Below the pieces are notes generated by a model. It worked only from the letters and a program-made list of their open reading frames with translations, did not search any database and had not been told where the DNA came from. Both the position numbers and the translations under genes were made by a program. A stretch of 64,000 bases of DNA from the human T2T-CHM13v2.0 reference genome, Homo sapiens: the NCBI RefSeq assembly GCF_009914755.1, contig NC_060932.1, one strand, 5' to 3'. Position 1 is the stretch's first letter. Each line of letters opens with the position of its first letter. Positions 50,957-64,000 of the stretch are shown in pieces.

Positions 50957-51684
50957 TTTTTTTTTTTTTAAACTTCCAGTGAGCTCTTTATTTATTTTTT
51001 TTATTTTTTTTTTACAATTTATTTATTTATTTATTTTTATTATTATACTTTAAGTTTTAGGGTACATGTGCACATTGTGCAGGTTAGTTACATATGTATA
51101 CATGTGCCATGCTGGTGCGCTGCACCCACTAACTCGTCATCTAGCATTAGGTATATATCCCAGTGCTATGCCTCCCCCCTCCCCCCACCCCACAAGAGTC
51201 CCCAGAGTGTGATGTTCCCCTTCCTGTGTCCATGTGATCTCATTGTTCAATTCCCACCTATGAGTGAGAATATGCGGTGTTTGGTTTTTGGTTCTTGTGA
51301 TAGTTTACTGAGAATGATGATTTCCAATTTCATCCATGTCCCTACAAAGGACATGAACTCATCATTTTTTATGGCTGCATAGTATTCCATGGTGTATATG
51401 TGCCACATTTTCTTAATCCAGTCTATCATTGTTGGACATTTGGGTTGGTTCCAAGTCTTTGCTATTGTGAATAATGCCACAATAAACATACGTGTGCATA
51501 TGTCTTCATAGCAGCATGATTTATAGTCCTTTGGGTATATACCCAGTAATGGGATGGCTGGGTCAAATGGTATTTCTAGTTCTAGATCCCTGAGGAATCG
51601 CCACACTGACTTCCACAATGGTTGAACTAGTTTACAGTCCCACCAACAGTGTAAAAGTGTTCCTATTTCTCCACATCCTCTCCA
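50957..51684 (-). mobile_element. 5'-truncated L1PA2 with composite tail
   Basis: 3'UTR has GAG (not the L1HS ACA), cacaatgtgcac and gagatcacatg; intact ORF2 C-terminus (CGEIGTLLHCWWDCKLVQPLW...FSLIGGN); perfect TSD ttgaataagattctt at 50944-50958 and 51685-51699. Confidence 0.95.
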
Positions 51685-53069
51685 TTGAATAAGATTCTTA
51701 AACTCCATGCTCTAATTTATTTGTTAATGGAGCTAACATACCTACCTCATAAGGTTGTTATGTGGACCTGAAATGGTTCTTCTTTCTTGTCCTCAAGCTA
51801 TTTTTTCCTTCTTTTGTGTATTTATACTTTTTCTTATTACAGTAAAAAAGAATCCCTAGTCCTCATTCTCTGATACCCACTTTGGTTGTTAGTTGGAGAA
51901 AAATTGTAGGAAAAGCAAAGTAGCCCAACAATCGTGCCTGTGAATAAACCATTCCTTGGAAGGAATGATAAAGAGCTTTAAGTCCTTAATTCAGTGTAAA
52001 ACATAGCTGGGGCCCTGTGGGGCCAGTCTGAACAGAGTCACATTAAATGAAAACACAAAGAGAAGTCTAGCAGCATTAAAGGTTAATATAGATCATTACT
52101 AATTTTCTCAAAGGGGATGCCACAGGGATTTAACACAAACATGTTGCACAGAGTTTCTCGGAAATACTTTCCAGACATCAAATTCTCTCCCCTGATTCTC
52201 ATGACAACTGTTAAAATCCTTCTCATGCTCTTATCTACTTGGTTTTCTTTCCATCAGAGTCATCCTTGACCTCCCTCTCTTCTCCCCTTCATTGCTGTCT
52301 CCCTGCTGAAGAAAACCAATGGAATTTCTGACCCTACCCACTGGCCAAACCCAACCACACACTGCCATGAGCCTTACGTCCTGTCTACTACTTCATGGAA
52401 GAAGGTTTACTTCCTCTTGGAAGTGTGATTCTAATTTCTTCTAACAGCTTATCTTGTAAATCATTCTTATGGAACATTTCCAGTGAATAAAATTTTCTAC
52501 CTTGTCATATGATTTGATCTAATAACTTAGGTGACCTGAGAAGGAAAAAATCAGAATATTCAAATCTTCATTCTGACAATAAGCAGTCATAAACAAGTCT
52601 TCACAATCAGAACAAAGTTAAGAATTCATTCCAAGGGAAGGAAATTGTCCTGAGAGTCATGAGTGAACAATGGTAAGAGAGGTGGGCAGAGCTGGCCAGA
52701 TTGAAAAAAGTAGTGCAGTTCAGATATGCTCCAATTTAATTCCCACAGGGAGAAGCTTCTCTTGTTAATAACACATCTTCCTTCCAAATGCCCATCTTGT
52801 TGGAAACAGCCACATTTCTAATGATATCAGTTTAAGATGCATGAAAATGCAATTTTTTTTATCTGTAAGAGGTAAATATAATCATTATTAATATTACTTC
52901 AGACTTATCTCCAGGCATATTTATTTAGTCCCTGAGGGATTGGGACTCTATATAACTTGCCTTAGGTGAAGACAGGATGAACCAACAACTCGGAATCCCA
53001 GTGGAGTAGGCAGTCAGGAGCAGGAGCACCCCAGCCTCTTTCAATGTCTCATGCTGTGGAACTCGTGGT

Positions 53070-53509
53070 TGTTAAAAACTTTGAAGGGTATGAGATTTGA
53101 CCCTACTTATAAGCTAACAAGAGACATGTGAATCTTGAGCAAAAGGCAAACGTGAGCTTCATGTTTGCATTGGTTGCCTTTGTCACCCAGGTCCCATGGA
53201 GACTGTGTGCATGCAGTAACACATCTGGGACACATCTGAGGAACCCTCAGATTGGAACATCCCAATCTTTTATTATGGGCTGCAAGCAAACCTGTCCAAG
53301 ATTTGCCCCAGAGGGAGATAGTATCTTTAATATCTGGGACAACAAACAAATCTCTGCTCTTCTTTGGAGGGAGACACTGGCTCTACTCTTGAAGACTGTT
53401 TGCTGTACAGACATTCTTGAAAATATGGACTGGAACAAAATGTTGTCACTGTGTCTGTTCACAAGATGTGCGGAAATCTGAGACACCCATGGAGAATTAT
53501 CTCCCAACA
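53070..53509 (-). mobile_element. ERVL solo LTR (LTR40-like)
   Basis: TG...CA ends; minus strand starts tgttgggagataattctccatgggtgtctc; 5-bp TSD gtggt/atggt. Confidence 0.75.
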
Positions 53510-53514
53510 ATGGT

Positions 53515-53725
53515 AGCAGTGTGTACTGCCAATAAGATATATTGAGAGCCAGGTGAATCTACCTGGTTTCAAACCCAGCTCCACAATTACTGTTTAGCAG
53601 CTTTCAAGGAAGTTACTTAAACTCTGAATTTCAGTTTCCCTATGTATAAAATAGGGAGGATATTACCTATTATATAGAATTACTATAAAAATTAAATAAA
53701 ATGGGCTATAAAGTAACTATGATAA
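53515..53725 (+). mobile_element. MIR
   Basis: 'acctggtttcaaacccagctcc...agttacttaaactctgaatttcagtttccctatgtataaaataggg'. Confidence 0.75.
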
Positions 53726-55436
53726 CATATGTATATTACACAGGTAATATATGACATTACATTTTAAATATTCCAATATAATGCTATATATTATTTTATT
53801 TTGCACTTCTTGCTAACTTAGATTGTATTTTTGTTTTAGTTAACAAGTCTAGCTAGCTTTGAAATGCTATTTAACTTGTTTATACTGGGACATCATAAAG
53901 AGTCCTAGACAAGAGACAGGGACCTAGGTTCCAGGTCTACCACAGACCAGCTGTGTAATTTAGCAAGTCAAAGGAGGAGATTGCACAAAAATTCAGGGAT
54001 AGCAAAAAAGATTCCATCCCAGTGCCAGGCCCAGGCAATGAGTAGTGACTGCCTAGAAAGTTGTGTTGAGAAAAAAATGTGAGCCTGTATCTAGGCTCAG
54101 CAGGAAAGTGTGCTCATGATGAGCTAGCTGTATCTTTGAGGTGCAGGCTTGATGAGGAATGGAACAGAGTGGTCTGGAGGGGGTGAATAGTGAAAATGTG
54201 GTAGTATCTTGACATTGCTTTGTATATAACAGTTGCTCAGTTAATGCATGTTAATTGATTGTTAATTGATTGACTAGTGGATTGATTAGTAAGGTTTCTG
54301 GAGTCCTGGGTCAAAGATGAAAAATGAGGAGGGCATGAAGTGATGAGGGGGAATGTGGAGGCAAATGAACTACTCTACAATTTTACTTTGGGAGAAAGGG
54401 AATCTTACTTTTACTTAGGCCATGACCTCTAAGCTAGGTTAAGTACTTCTGGAAATCTCAGCTGCTACCAGGCTGCATATGGAGCGCAGCCAGCCTCTTT
54501 TCAAATGACCTGGTGTACTGAAGCTGCCTCTGGTTTCTCCTGGGCTCCAAATTACTGCTATGAAGCAGCCGCTGAAACACTTTAATGGCCACAATTAAAC
54601 AGTCCCAGAGGCTGACCTTTAGACGTGGCAGTGGTTAATCGAGCCAACTGCCCTGGTGGCTGCCATCTTTGGCAAAGACTTGCAAGTCCAGTGTGGCTTG
54701 GTCTTTTGTTTGGCTTCCCAGAACATGTTCTAAGGGAGAAATCATACTTTCAATCACACCAGTAGAAATTATGAAAACGTGGGGATGGGACTAGACAGAT
54801 GAGGGAATTCCCATGTTCTTGTAAGAAAAAGGCCCTGTCAATGACAAGTGTGAAGGTATCTCAAAATTGTCTGTGCTTATTAAATTCCTTAAGCAGACAG
54901 AGCCAAGCTTTTACTAGGAAAAGGGAAAGAATTCATAACTAGAACTTAATGCTTTTATCTATTAGTCAATTAATAGTCATTTAACATTGAATGAATGACC
55001 AAAAATAATGGAGAGAGCTTCATGCACAGGGAGACAGCCATGGAAAATGAGCTAGAATGTAAATCCCTAAGAGCAGAGGCTGATTTTGTTTGGTTACTAC
55101 ATTTGCCAAATGTCTAAAATGCTACCTGGTATATAACAGATGCTCAATTAATAGCTGTTGAATAAATGGGTATACACGAACTTTACCTTCACTGAGCTCA
55201 CAATCTAGGAAATATATAAACAAGACATTTGTCACTTTTGATGAGTGCTATAAAGTGTTGTGACATGATGTGGTAGACACTAACTGGGGAGTGGAGGGAG
55301 ATGTACTTTGGTTAGTAAGGTTCAGGAAGGCCTGTGTTTGAGTTGAGAGAAGCATGACAAGAAGGAGCCATCTAGGCAAACATTGTGGGGAGGGGGAGAT
55401 TTTTAAGCAGACAACAGCAATAGACAAAGGCCATTA

Positions 55437-55936
<500 letters not shown>

Positions 55937-55944
55937 TTACTCTA

Positions 55945-56406
55945 TGTATTCATCTCCTAGGGATGTTGTAACAAATTACTACAAACTGGGTGGCTTAAAG
56001 CAACAGAGATTTATTTGCTCACAGTTTTGGGAACCAGAAGTTCAAAATCAAGGTTTTGGCAGGGTTGGTTCCTTCTGGAGGCTCTGAGGGAAAATCTGTT
56101 CCATGCCTCTCTCCTAGCTCCTGATGGTGTTGATAACCCTCTTGATCCTTGGCTTGTACATGCATCACTCCAGTCCCTGCCTCTGTCTTCACATCTCCTC
56201 CTCCTCTCCTGTGTCTCTCTTCTTCTATGTCTTCTCTTCCTATAGAGCACTTGCCACTTGATTTTAGGCATACTTGAATAGTCTAGGATGATCTCATCTC
56301 AAGATTTATAACTTGGTTACCCCTGCAAAGGCCATGCTTTCAAATAAGTTCACATTCACAGGTTCCCCGTGGACATATATTAGGGGGAGGCATTTACCTC
56401 ACTGCA
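55945..56406 (-). mobile_element. MLT1C-like solo LTR
   Basis: 'gtaacaaattactacaaactgggtggcttaaagcaacagagatttatt...ggttccttctggaggctctgagggaaaatctgttccatgcctctctcctagc'. Confidence 0.88.
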
Positions 56407-57504
56407 ATTAATTTACAATGAAAAAAACCATTATAGAATGACATGCAAAGGGGTGACAGAAGATTTATTCTTTTCTAGATTAGGACCTGATTCAGGAAGA
56501 ACAAGGGTGGAAGTTTTTGGCAGTGAGGGATGAGGTGTTGGGAGGTTGCTGCATCCATGTGGAAGCAGGAGTAGCTAAAAAGTCTGAGTTGGGAGTGGGG
56601 CCGCTTGGTGGCAAAGGAGTATGAAAGTAGTGTCTGGGATGAAATTGGGACAGTGACACCCAAGCAGCATTGTGATCCTAGGCACAGCTGCTCTAACATG
56701 ACACAGAAGTCAGGTCTTTGGTTGGAAATCAGTCAGGTCCCCTCCTTTTCATGCTTCTCATTGCCTCACTCCTGGCCCTCTGCAGGCCTCCTTTTCTTCT
56801 GAGTATAGTTGCGACTGAGCACTCAAAGTTGCTGCTTTTATGCCCTACTTCTTAGGACTCTGTCCCTTCCTTTGTAGAACTTACATAAATCTTAATGCTC
56901 AATTACAAAAGATTTTGAACCTCTAGTTTCTCTTTGTACCGTATTGCCCTTCTGGTGGGATCTGGGGTCTCCATTATGCGTTGCCTGTCTGTTATGTGGT
57001 GAGATTGCCATAGGCAGGAAAAAAGAAACTATTTTTCCCCTAACTGAAAATTAGATCTTAGCAAGTAGTTCTTGCTTTCCCTGTCTGAAAGCATTTCCAA
57101 TAGTACTCATGGCAAGATTTCTTTAGAAAGGCAAATAGAAAAACTCAAATCCAATAAGCGAATAGTATGGACCAAAGCCTGCCCTCCATAATTTGCAATC
57201 CTTTCCCAGAGGCATGGAACCAAAGGTGAGATTTATAACTGGGTAGTAAACGTGTAATTGAATTGTTCATTTTCTTGTAAAAGTCTAAAGTACAGAATGT
57301 GTGATACAGGACTATTGAGGATCCTAACTACTTGTCATTCTATCTGTCTGATAAGTGGGAGAGAAAAAACAACTTTTTGTTGGGCAGCAAGAGGCTGAGT
57401 GCACTAGAGAAACATGGACCTTTCTTAAAATGGCAACTTTCCCTATTTGCAGATTCCCTGCAGTGAGTGTGCAGGGGATTCCTCAAAGGATGGGTGCAGC
57501 TGTT

Positions 57505-57930
57505 TGAAGTCTTTTTCAGTTGCAAGTGACAGTGCACCTACTTCAAATTGGCCTAGCCAAATAGGGAGTTTAATGGGCAACTTAAAACTGAGGTAGTACA
57601 AGGCCCCGGATGCTTCAACAATATCTCTGGGGTCCAATTCTTTTCTGTTAGTTTCAGTCTTTTTATACTGACATCATACTTAGACACTTCCCATCTAATG
57701 TTGGCAACAAAGACGCCAGACCTCCAATTTCGCAGTCAGCAATTGCATTGCTTCTGATTGACTCATCTTTGAACGATTAGCTGTATCAAGAAGAAGGCAG
57801 TGCTGATTGGCTAAGCTTGAGTCACATGCCCTCCCTTGGAGCTGTGAGTGAAGTCAGCACCACAGGAACAGCATAGGCTAAGAGTAGAAAAGGAGCGATT
57901 TCTCAAAAGGACATCAAGGTGCTGCTCTCA
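57505..57930 (-). mobile_element. MLT1K/L-like solo LTR
   Basis: 'cagttgcaagtgacag...ctgattggctaagcttgagtcacatgccctcccttggagctg'. Confidence 0.6.
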
Positions 57931-57994
57931 AAGCAGAAACAAAAACAAAAAAAATCAAGGAATAACAGCAGCCACTAGTGAATGATGTCCATGC

Positions 57995-58180
57995 ATAGCT
58001 GTATGGTCTTGGGCAAATAATCCAGCCCTGTTCCTGTTTCCTCATATTTAAAGTGGGAATAATGATATTAGTATTATTCATTATGCCTCATAGAATTACA
58101 GGAAGATTGAGTTGTTATGTGTAAAGCACATTAGAACAGTGCCCAGTTACAGCTATGTTACCTTTAATATTTATTTACTT
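57995..58180 (+). mobile_element. MIR
   Basis: 'cttgggcaaat...tgtttcctcatatttaaagtgggaataat...gtaaagcacattagaacagtgcc'. Confidence 0.7.
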
Positions 58181-59357
58181 ATTTACTGTAGGAGCACTGT
58201 CTCTGCTGAGTTTTATATAGACGGATGTCAAGCTGTTTTACTGAGCAGGTTGAGCCAGAAAGATATTGCAAATTTATACACATGCACCCAGAACTAGACA
58301 GAAAGCAAACATTTCAAAGGGGAAATGAAACATATCCTGATTCCTATTACTTATCACTGTCTTCACTACTGCCCCCTTCTTCAAATGACACAATCACTCC
58401 ATGGACTTCTGAAGCATCCTCTTTTGTGATCTGACTCCACTCTCGACCTCTCACAGTCCAACCCCACACCATAGCCCAGTTAACCGCTACAAGGCATACA
58501 TCTCTAGCTTAGTATTTTCAAGTGGTTTCCCATAGAAACCAGAATAAATGAACTTCAACTTCTAATTTACCTGGTGGAGCCATTGTCTGCCCCCACAGTG
58601 CCACTTCCCTTCACTGTTGCCATGATCCTCCACTTTGCAGCCTCCTGGTCTTCCTTCCATGTCTCAAAGAAGCTCATTCTCATCTCTTTTTAGAATTGTC
58701 TTCCCTTAGATCTTTAAAGGGTTGCCTCCTTCTCACTATCCTGGTCTCAATGTCAGCTCCAGCAAGAGACCTTTCCTGATCAACCCAGGGGAAGTATTTT
58801 TCCCTCCCCTACCTCAGTAATTCTTTATGGTATTCTACCTCTTCTATATCTCTTAATACCTGAATTTGTCTTTTTTATTTTCTGATTCCTTCTCTAGGGG
58901 CAAATATTTGAAGAAGCAACAAGGGATGAAGTATTACCCAGGGCAGAGGTGTAGGGAGAGAGCCTAGTGTATGAGGCTGCTTTTCCACTTGGGAAAATTG
59001 TTTATACATGAGAGGTCAGCTAAGACTTTGAGAGAGTGAACAACAACCCTGCTAGTCTATGAGTTACAAGAACAGATATTAGGGTTTAGGGGCTTCCCAG
59101 GAGATAAGCCCCTTGCATTGTGTTGGGTCCCTAAAAACTGCACAATAAAAGTAATGATGAAATGGAATAGACAGCAGTTTAACTTTGTCATTTTCATCAC
59201 TGAAATTAAATTGAGGTAATTGCCAGTGCCCCAAATGCTCTATAGAGGAAAATGATATTATCCTAGGCCTCAAATTATATCTGTAAATAATTTTGTGTAT
59301 GTTGTTTGTATTATCAATAAAAACAACCAGAAACATGAACAGACATAATAACAAGAA

Positions 59358-59720
59358 TGATATGGTTTGGCTCTGCGTCCCCACCCAAATCTCATCTTGT
59401 AGCTCTCATAATTCCCACATTTTGTGGGAGGTACCCAGTGGAAGATCATTGAATCATGGGGGTGGTTTCTGCCGTACTGTTCTGGTAATAGCAAGTGGGT
59501 CTCATGCAATCTGATGGTTTTAAAAAGGAGAGTTTCCCTGCACAAGCTCTCTCTTTGCCTGCTGCCATCCACGTAAGACACAACTTACTCCTCCTTGCCT
59601 TCCGCCATGACTGTGAGGCCTCCCCAGCCATGTGGAACTGTAAGTCCATTAAACCTCTTTCTTTTGTAAATTGCCCAGTCTCAGGTATATCTATCAGCTG
59701 CATGAAAATAGACTAATATA
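59358..59720 (+). mobile_element. THE1A/B MaLR solo LTR
   Basis: tgatatggtttggctctgcgtccccacccaaatctcatcttg...ctgtgaggcctccccagccatgtggaactgtaagtcc...gactaatata. Confidence 0.93.
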
Positions 59721-59887
59721 AATAATAAAAACCATTTTTTTAAATGGGCAATAGACAAATATTCACAAGAGCTCCAGATAACTGAGTATCAAACACAAAC
59801 TTTAAAATAACTTTTACTATGTTCAAAGACATAAGAAAAGATTAATAATTTAAGCAGAGAATGGGAAACTATTAAAAATAAAAACAA

Positions 59888-60201
<314 letters not shown>

Positions 60202-61489
60202 CTATCACTCAAAAATAAGGTAATCAAAAATCAAGAATTTAACAGATAGATTTAACAGCAGCTTAGACTCAGCTGTAGGGACAGTTAGTGGAATGGAAAA
60301 TACATGAGAAGAAAATGAAGGGAAAAATGGATGGAAAGTACAGTGGTAAGGGTAAGAGATATAGAGGATTCATTGAATAGGCATAATACATTGCAGTGGG
60401 TGTTCCTGGAGGAGAAGAAAGACAATGGAGCAGAGGTAACCTTTGAGACAACTTTTAAGAACTGATGTTAAGGCATCAAGGTAAAAATTCAAGGATCTAC
60501 AAAAAATTTAAGAATGATAAAGAAAAAGAAATCCACACCCAAGAAGCAAAAGAAAAAAAAAAAAGACAGATTGCTTTTGAAGGTGAAACAGACTAAGAGC
60601 TGAGATCTCAAAAGAAGCAGTGGAAACCAAGAAACAAAGGATTGCTATCTTAAAAGTATTAAAAGAAAATAAGTGTCAACCTATAACTCCAAATGCAACA
60701 AAAATATATTTCAAGAACAAAGTATTGATATTTTTAGACAAACAAAACATGAGAATTTGTTATCAGCAGATTTTTGCTCAAGGAAATACTAAAGGACTTC
60801 ATTTTTCAGATAGAAGAAAAATGATGCCAGATGGAGTGTTGGAGATACAAGCAGAGATGTAAAGCAAAGATAATGATAAGTATGTGGTCATATCTAAAAT
60901 AATATTGACTATATAAACTAACTATAATATTAATGCAATGTCTTATTTAGCTTCAAATATTTATATGATTCAAATGCATAACAGTGACATATAAATTGGA
61001 GTAGGAGAAAAAATGAAATTAAAATGTTTTAAGATTATTGCATTATCCAGAAAGAAAGAGAAAGAACCAGTTACTATTTTACTTTGATATGTCAATGATG
61101 CATGTTGTAATATCTAGAACAGTGAAAGAGTAATTTTCAAGTTAATGGAGGAATAGTTAGAATGAAATAAAATTAATCCATAATGGGCAAAAGGGGGAAA
61201 AAAAGAATATAAAGCATAAGTTGACAGAATGTCAAGGAGAAACAGACAACTCCGCAATCACCGTGTTAGATTTTGCCCTACCTTTCTCAGCATTTATAAG
61301 ATAAGCAGAAAATATATCATAAGGAAATAGATATTGAAATAGATACGTAGTTAATCACTTGGTGTTAAATCATTGAGGTATGTACATTTAATCTTCTTTA
61401 CTGTATATGTGTTCTATTTCCAATAAAAAGTTTAAAAATAAAGTAAAATAATTAGCTTAGGATCTTTTACTTTATTTGGTTTTCAACTT

Positions 61490-61830
61490 TATCACTAAAC
61501 AAAAGTCTCACAGGTATGTCAAACTCAACATTTCTAAAACTAGAACCATCTACCTTAAATCTATTTTCCCCCATTAATGGTACCACCACCTACCCAATAA
61601 TCCAAGCTAAAATTACAAGAACCAATTTAGTTCATTTATTTCACTCATTCCCAAGATCCAAGGAATGGGTAGTGTGAATTTCAGCTCCTGTTACTCCCCA
61701 ACCCATTCTTTCCATTCACACCAACAAGGCTGTCACTACTTTTCACCTCAACTACTGGGTCTCTCTGCCTCCAGGCTGGTTCTTGTCTCCATCCCTAACA
61801 TTGCCAGAGTAAGGCTCTTAAAGCATTAGC
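61490..61830 (+). mobile_element. L2 fragment
   Basis: 'caaactcaacatttctaaaactagaac...aatggtaccaccacctaccca...ccaagctaaaa'. Confidence 0.65.
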
Positions 61831-62919
61831 TTAATGCTGAAGAACACGGTGTTGGTTTTAAATTTTGTCTTTTCCATTAATTCAATTGTATGACTTTGAT
61901 AATGCTATTTAATCTCTTTAAACTTCAATGTATTCTTCTATAAATGGTTATAATAACATCCAGCCCCTAGGATTGTTGTAAAAATTAAGTTTATATAATA
62001 TATCAGTATCTATGTATTTGTGTAGGTATCCACACATCTAGATAAATAGAGAGGTATAGATAGGTTAGTGTTTAGCTTAACGTAACAGTTCAAGGAATGG
62101 TAGCTGTTTAAAGTTTGCCATCATTCATATCCAAACTCCTGCTTGCATTCAGTTGCTAGGCCATGGCAAGCTGTTTTATTTACATCCAGGACCTTTATAT
62201 ATATATATATCCGCTTTTCCTGAAAAATGTTTTATTGCTTTATGTCTACTTTTAAATGTTATGTTGGCCAGGGTTCTTGCCTCTACCATTTTCTCTTACT
62301 GGTGGTTCTCAACTGTGGCTGTATTTAGGCTCACCAGTGAAGTTTATAAAAATACAGATGTCACGGTTCTACCTAGAGATTTTGATTCAGAACTGGACAT
62401 TTATTTGTACACTTTCTTGACATATGTCTGGACAAGTAACCAAGAATAAGAGGCTCTGCCATACTCTCAGTTTTTTCAGGCGATCTCAGCCGTGCTTGGT
62501 TCCTCCAGCCCCAGTAGACATCCAAGTTCACATTTACAGCCTTGATTTTAATCCAGGGTATGTCTCCTGCGTTCTATACTCATCCATGTAGTGCCTCTAC
62601 TTGGGTGCTCAGTCTGTTAACACTTTACATGACATCTCACCTCCATCTAATCTCCTTTTCCTATAGTCTCAGCATCCATGAATGGCACTATAATCCACCC
62701 AGTAAGTTAACAACTTAGACTTGAACGTTATTCACAAGTAATATGTTTTGTATATAAAAACAAGCTCAAAAGAAATTTGTAAAAGGAAAACATGTACCTA
62801 TAACCCCACCTCTTACATGCTTTTTCACATTGCCATACTTTTTTAAATTGAGGAATTAGAGCGTTTCTACACTCTTTTTCCTAAAATAAGTCAATTCATT
62901 GCTTTTGAAAATGCCAGAT

Positions 62920-63800
62920 TGCTAGGCCAAGTATACATAAAAATTTATATATGATAAATGAGACACTAAAATTAATTTGAAAGTGATGGATTATTCAATA
63001 ACTGATGTTAGGGTAAATGGTTAAGCATTTGGTAAAAGTTTAAAATCATACTCCTCTTTTATATCTATACTGGAATATATCTCAGATGAATTAAATACAT
63101 AAAATTTATGAAAACTCTAAAAATTAAATGTAGTTGTTCTGGGATAGGAAACTTTTTAAAGAATGATACTAAATCCAGGAGGCTTAAGGTGAAGAACTGC
63201 TAGACTTGACCACACAAAAATTAAAACCTGTTTGACAAGAATTACTATATCTAACAGTAAAATGACTACAACAACAAAATGACAATAAGCTGATAAATAA
63301 TCATAACATATATGACTACCCCCTTTAAGGTTTTTTTAAAAAAACCTATATAAGAAAAACATGTATATCATAATAGAAAAATATGAAGACTCAAATAGGC
63401 ATACATATAAAATTAATCAAATAAATACAACACACAAAAAATATATCTTTGACTAATCAAATTGGCAAAGGTGAAAAAACTGTAGCAATAGACTGTGTAT
63501 GAGCCAATATCCATGGTCATAATCTTTTGATGGATGTACAAATTGGTACAACCTCTCTTGAGGGCAATTTGGCATAATGCATCAAAATTTAAAACATATC
63601 CAGTTTCATTTCTAGGAATTCACCTAGAGATCACTGGTCAGGTGAACCAAAGCAGATGCACAAAATGTTCATCAAAGTTCAACTTTTAATATTTTAAAAA
63701 CTATATATATATATATATATGAATAAGTGTATCTCAACAGAGAATTAGTAAACATATGCTTAAATTAGATAATATATAATAGTAATATTATATATAATTA
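62920..63800 (+). mobile_element. Old L1ME-like ORF2 3' fragment
   Basis: 'ttattcaataactgatgttagggtaaatgg', 'caaaaattaaaac', 'aaattggtacaacctctcttgagggcaatttggca', 'cagtttcatttctaggaatt'. Confidence 0.7.
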
Positions 63801-64000
63801 TATATATAAAAGCAGTAATATAATTTTATATACATGGAAAATATTAATAATAAGGAGAAAATTGTGGTGATTTGCTTCCTGTTTAGAAAATAAAAACTGT
63901 GACATACTTGTAATGTTCCTGGTACACTCTTTTGCACAGTGGTGTTAGTGAAGGTTTTATTGCACTCTATTGTTTGTCTAGATTTTCTTCGTTTAGTCAA

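Noticed and set aside
51042-51684. L1HS/Ta active element
   Set aside because: Has GAG rather than ACA and A rather than G at the 3'UTR diagnostic sites; only about 0.65 kb long
54250-54290. ttaattgattg tandem repeat
   Set aside because: Looks like a degenerate L2 tail microsatellite
54645-54665. CTCF site in ctgccctggtggc
   Set aside because: Lacks two core bases relative to CCACYAGGGGGCAG

Overview
This is AT-rich primate genomic DNA, almost certainly human: it contains a human-specific AluYb9 and an L1PA2. It is most likely deep intron or intergenic sequence. No protein-coding gene, RNA gene or CpG island can be supported; the short ORFs are chance frames or pieces of Alu, L1, Tigger1 and LTR elements. 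Much of the window is interspersed repeat: 9 Alus, a near full-length Tigger1 with a nested AluY and MER30, MADE1 inside MER5B, many MaLR/ERVL solo LTRs, and L1, L2, L3 and MIR fragments plus microsatellites. Several repeat-poor blocks look like conserved non-coding elements. The best second-look items are: a candidate minus-strand recursive splice site (polypyrimidine-TAG|GTAAGT) with a 48-nt RS-exon at about 7.7 kb; several microexon or poison-exon candidates; an L1PA2 with a 17-nt 3' transduction; a young, possibly polymorphic AluYb9; and small template-switch rearrangement scars. No novel biological system is demonstrated. Repeat subfamily calls come from recalled consensus sequences, and boundaries of ancient repeats are approximate.
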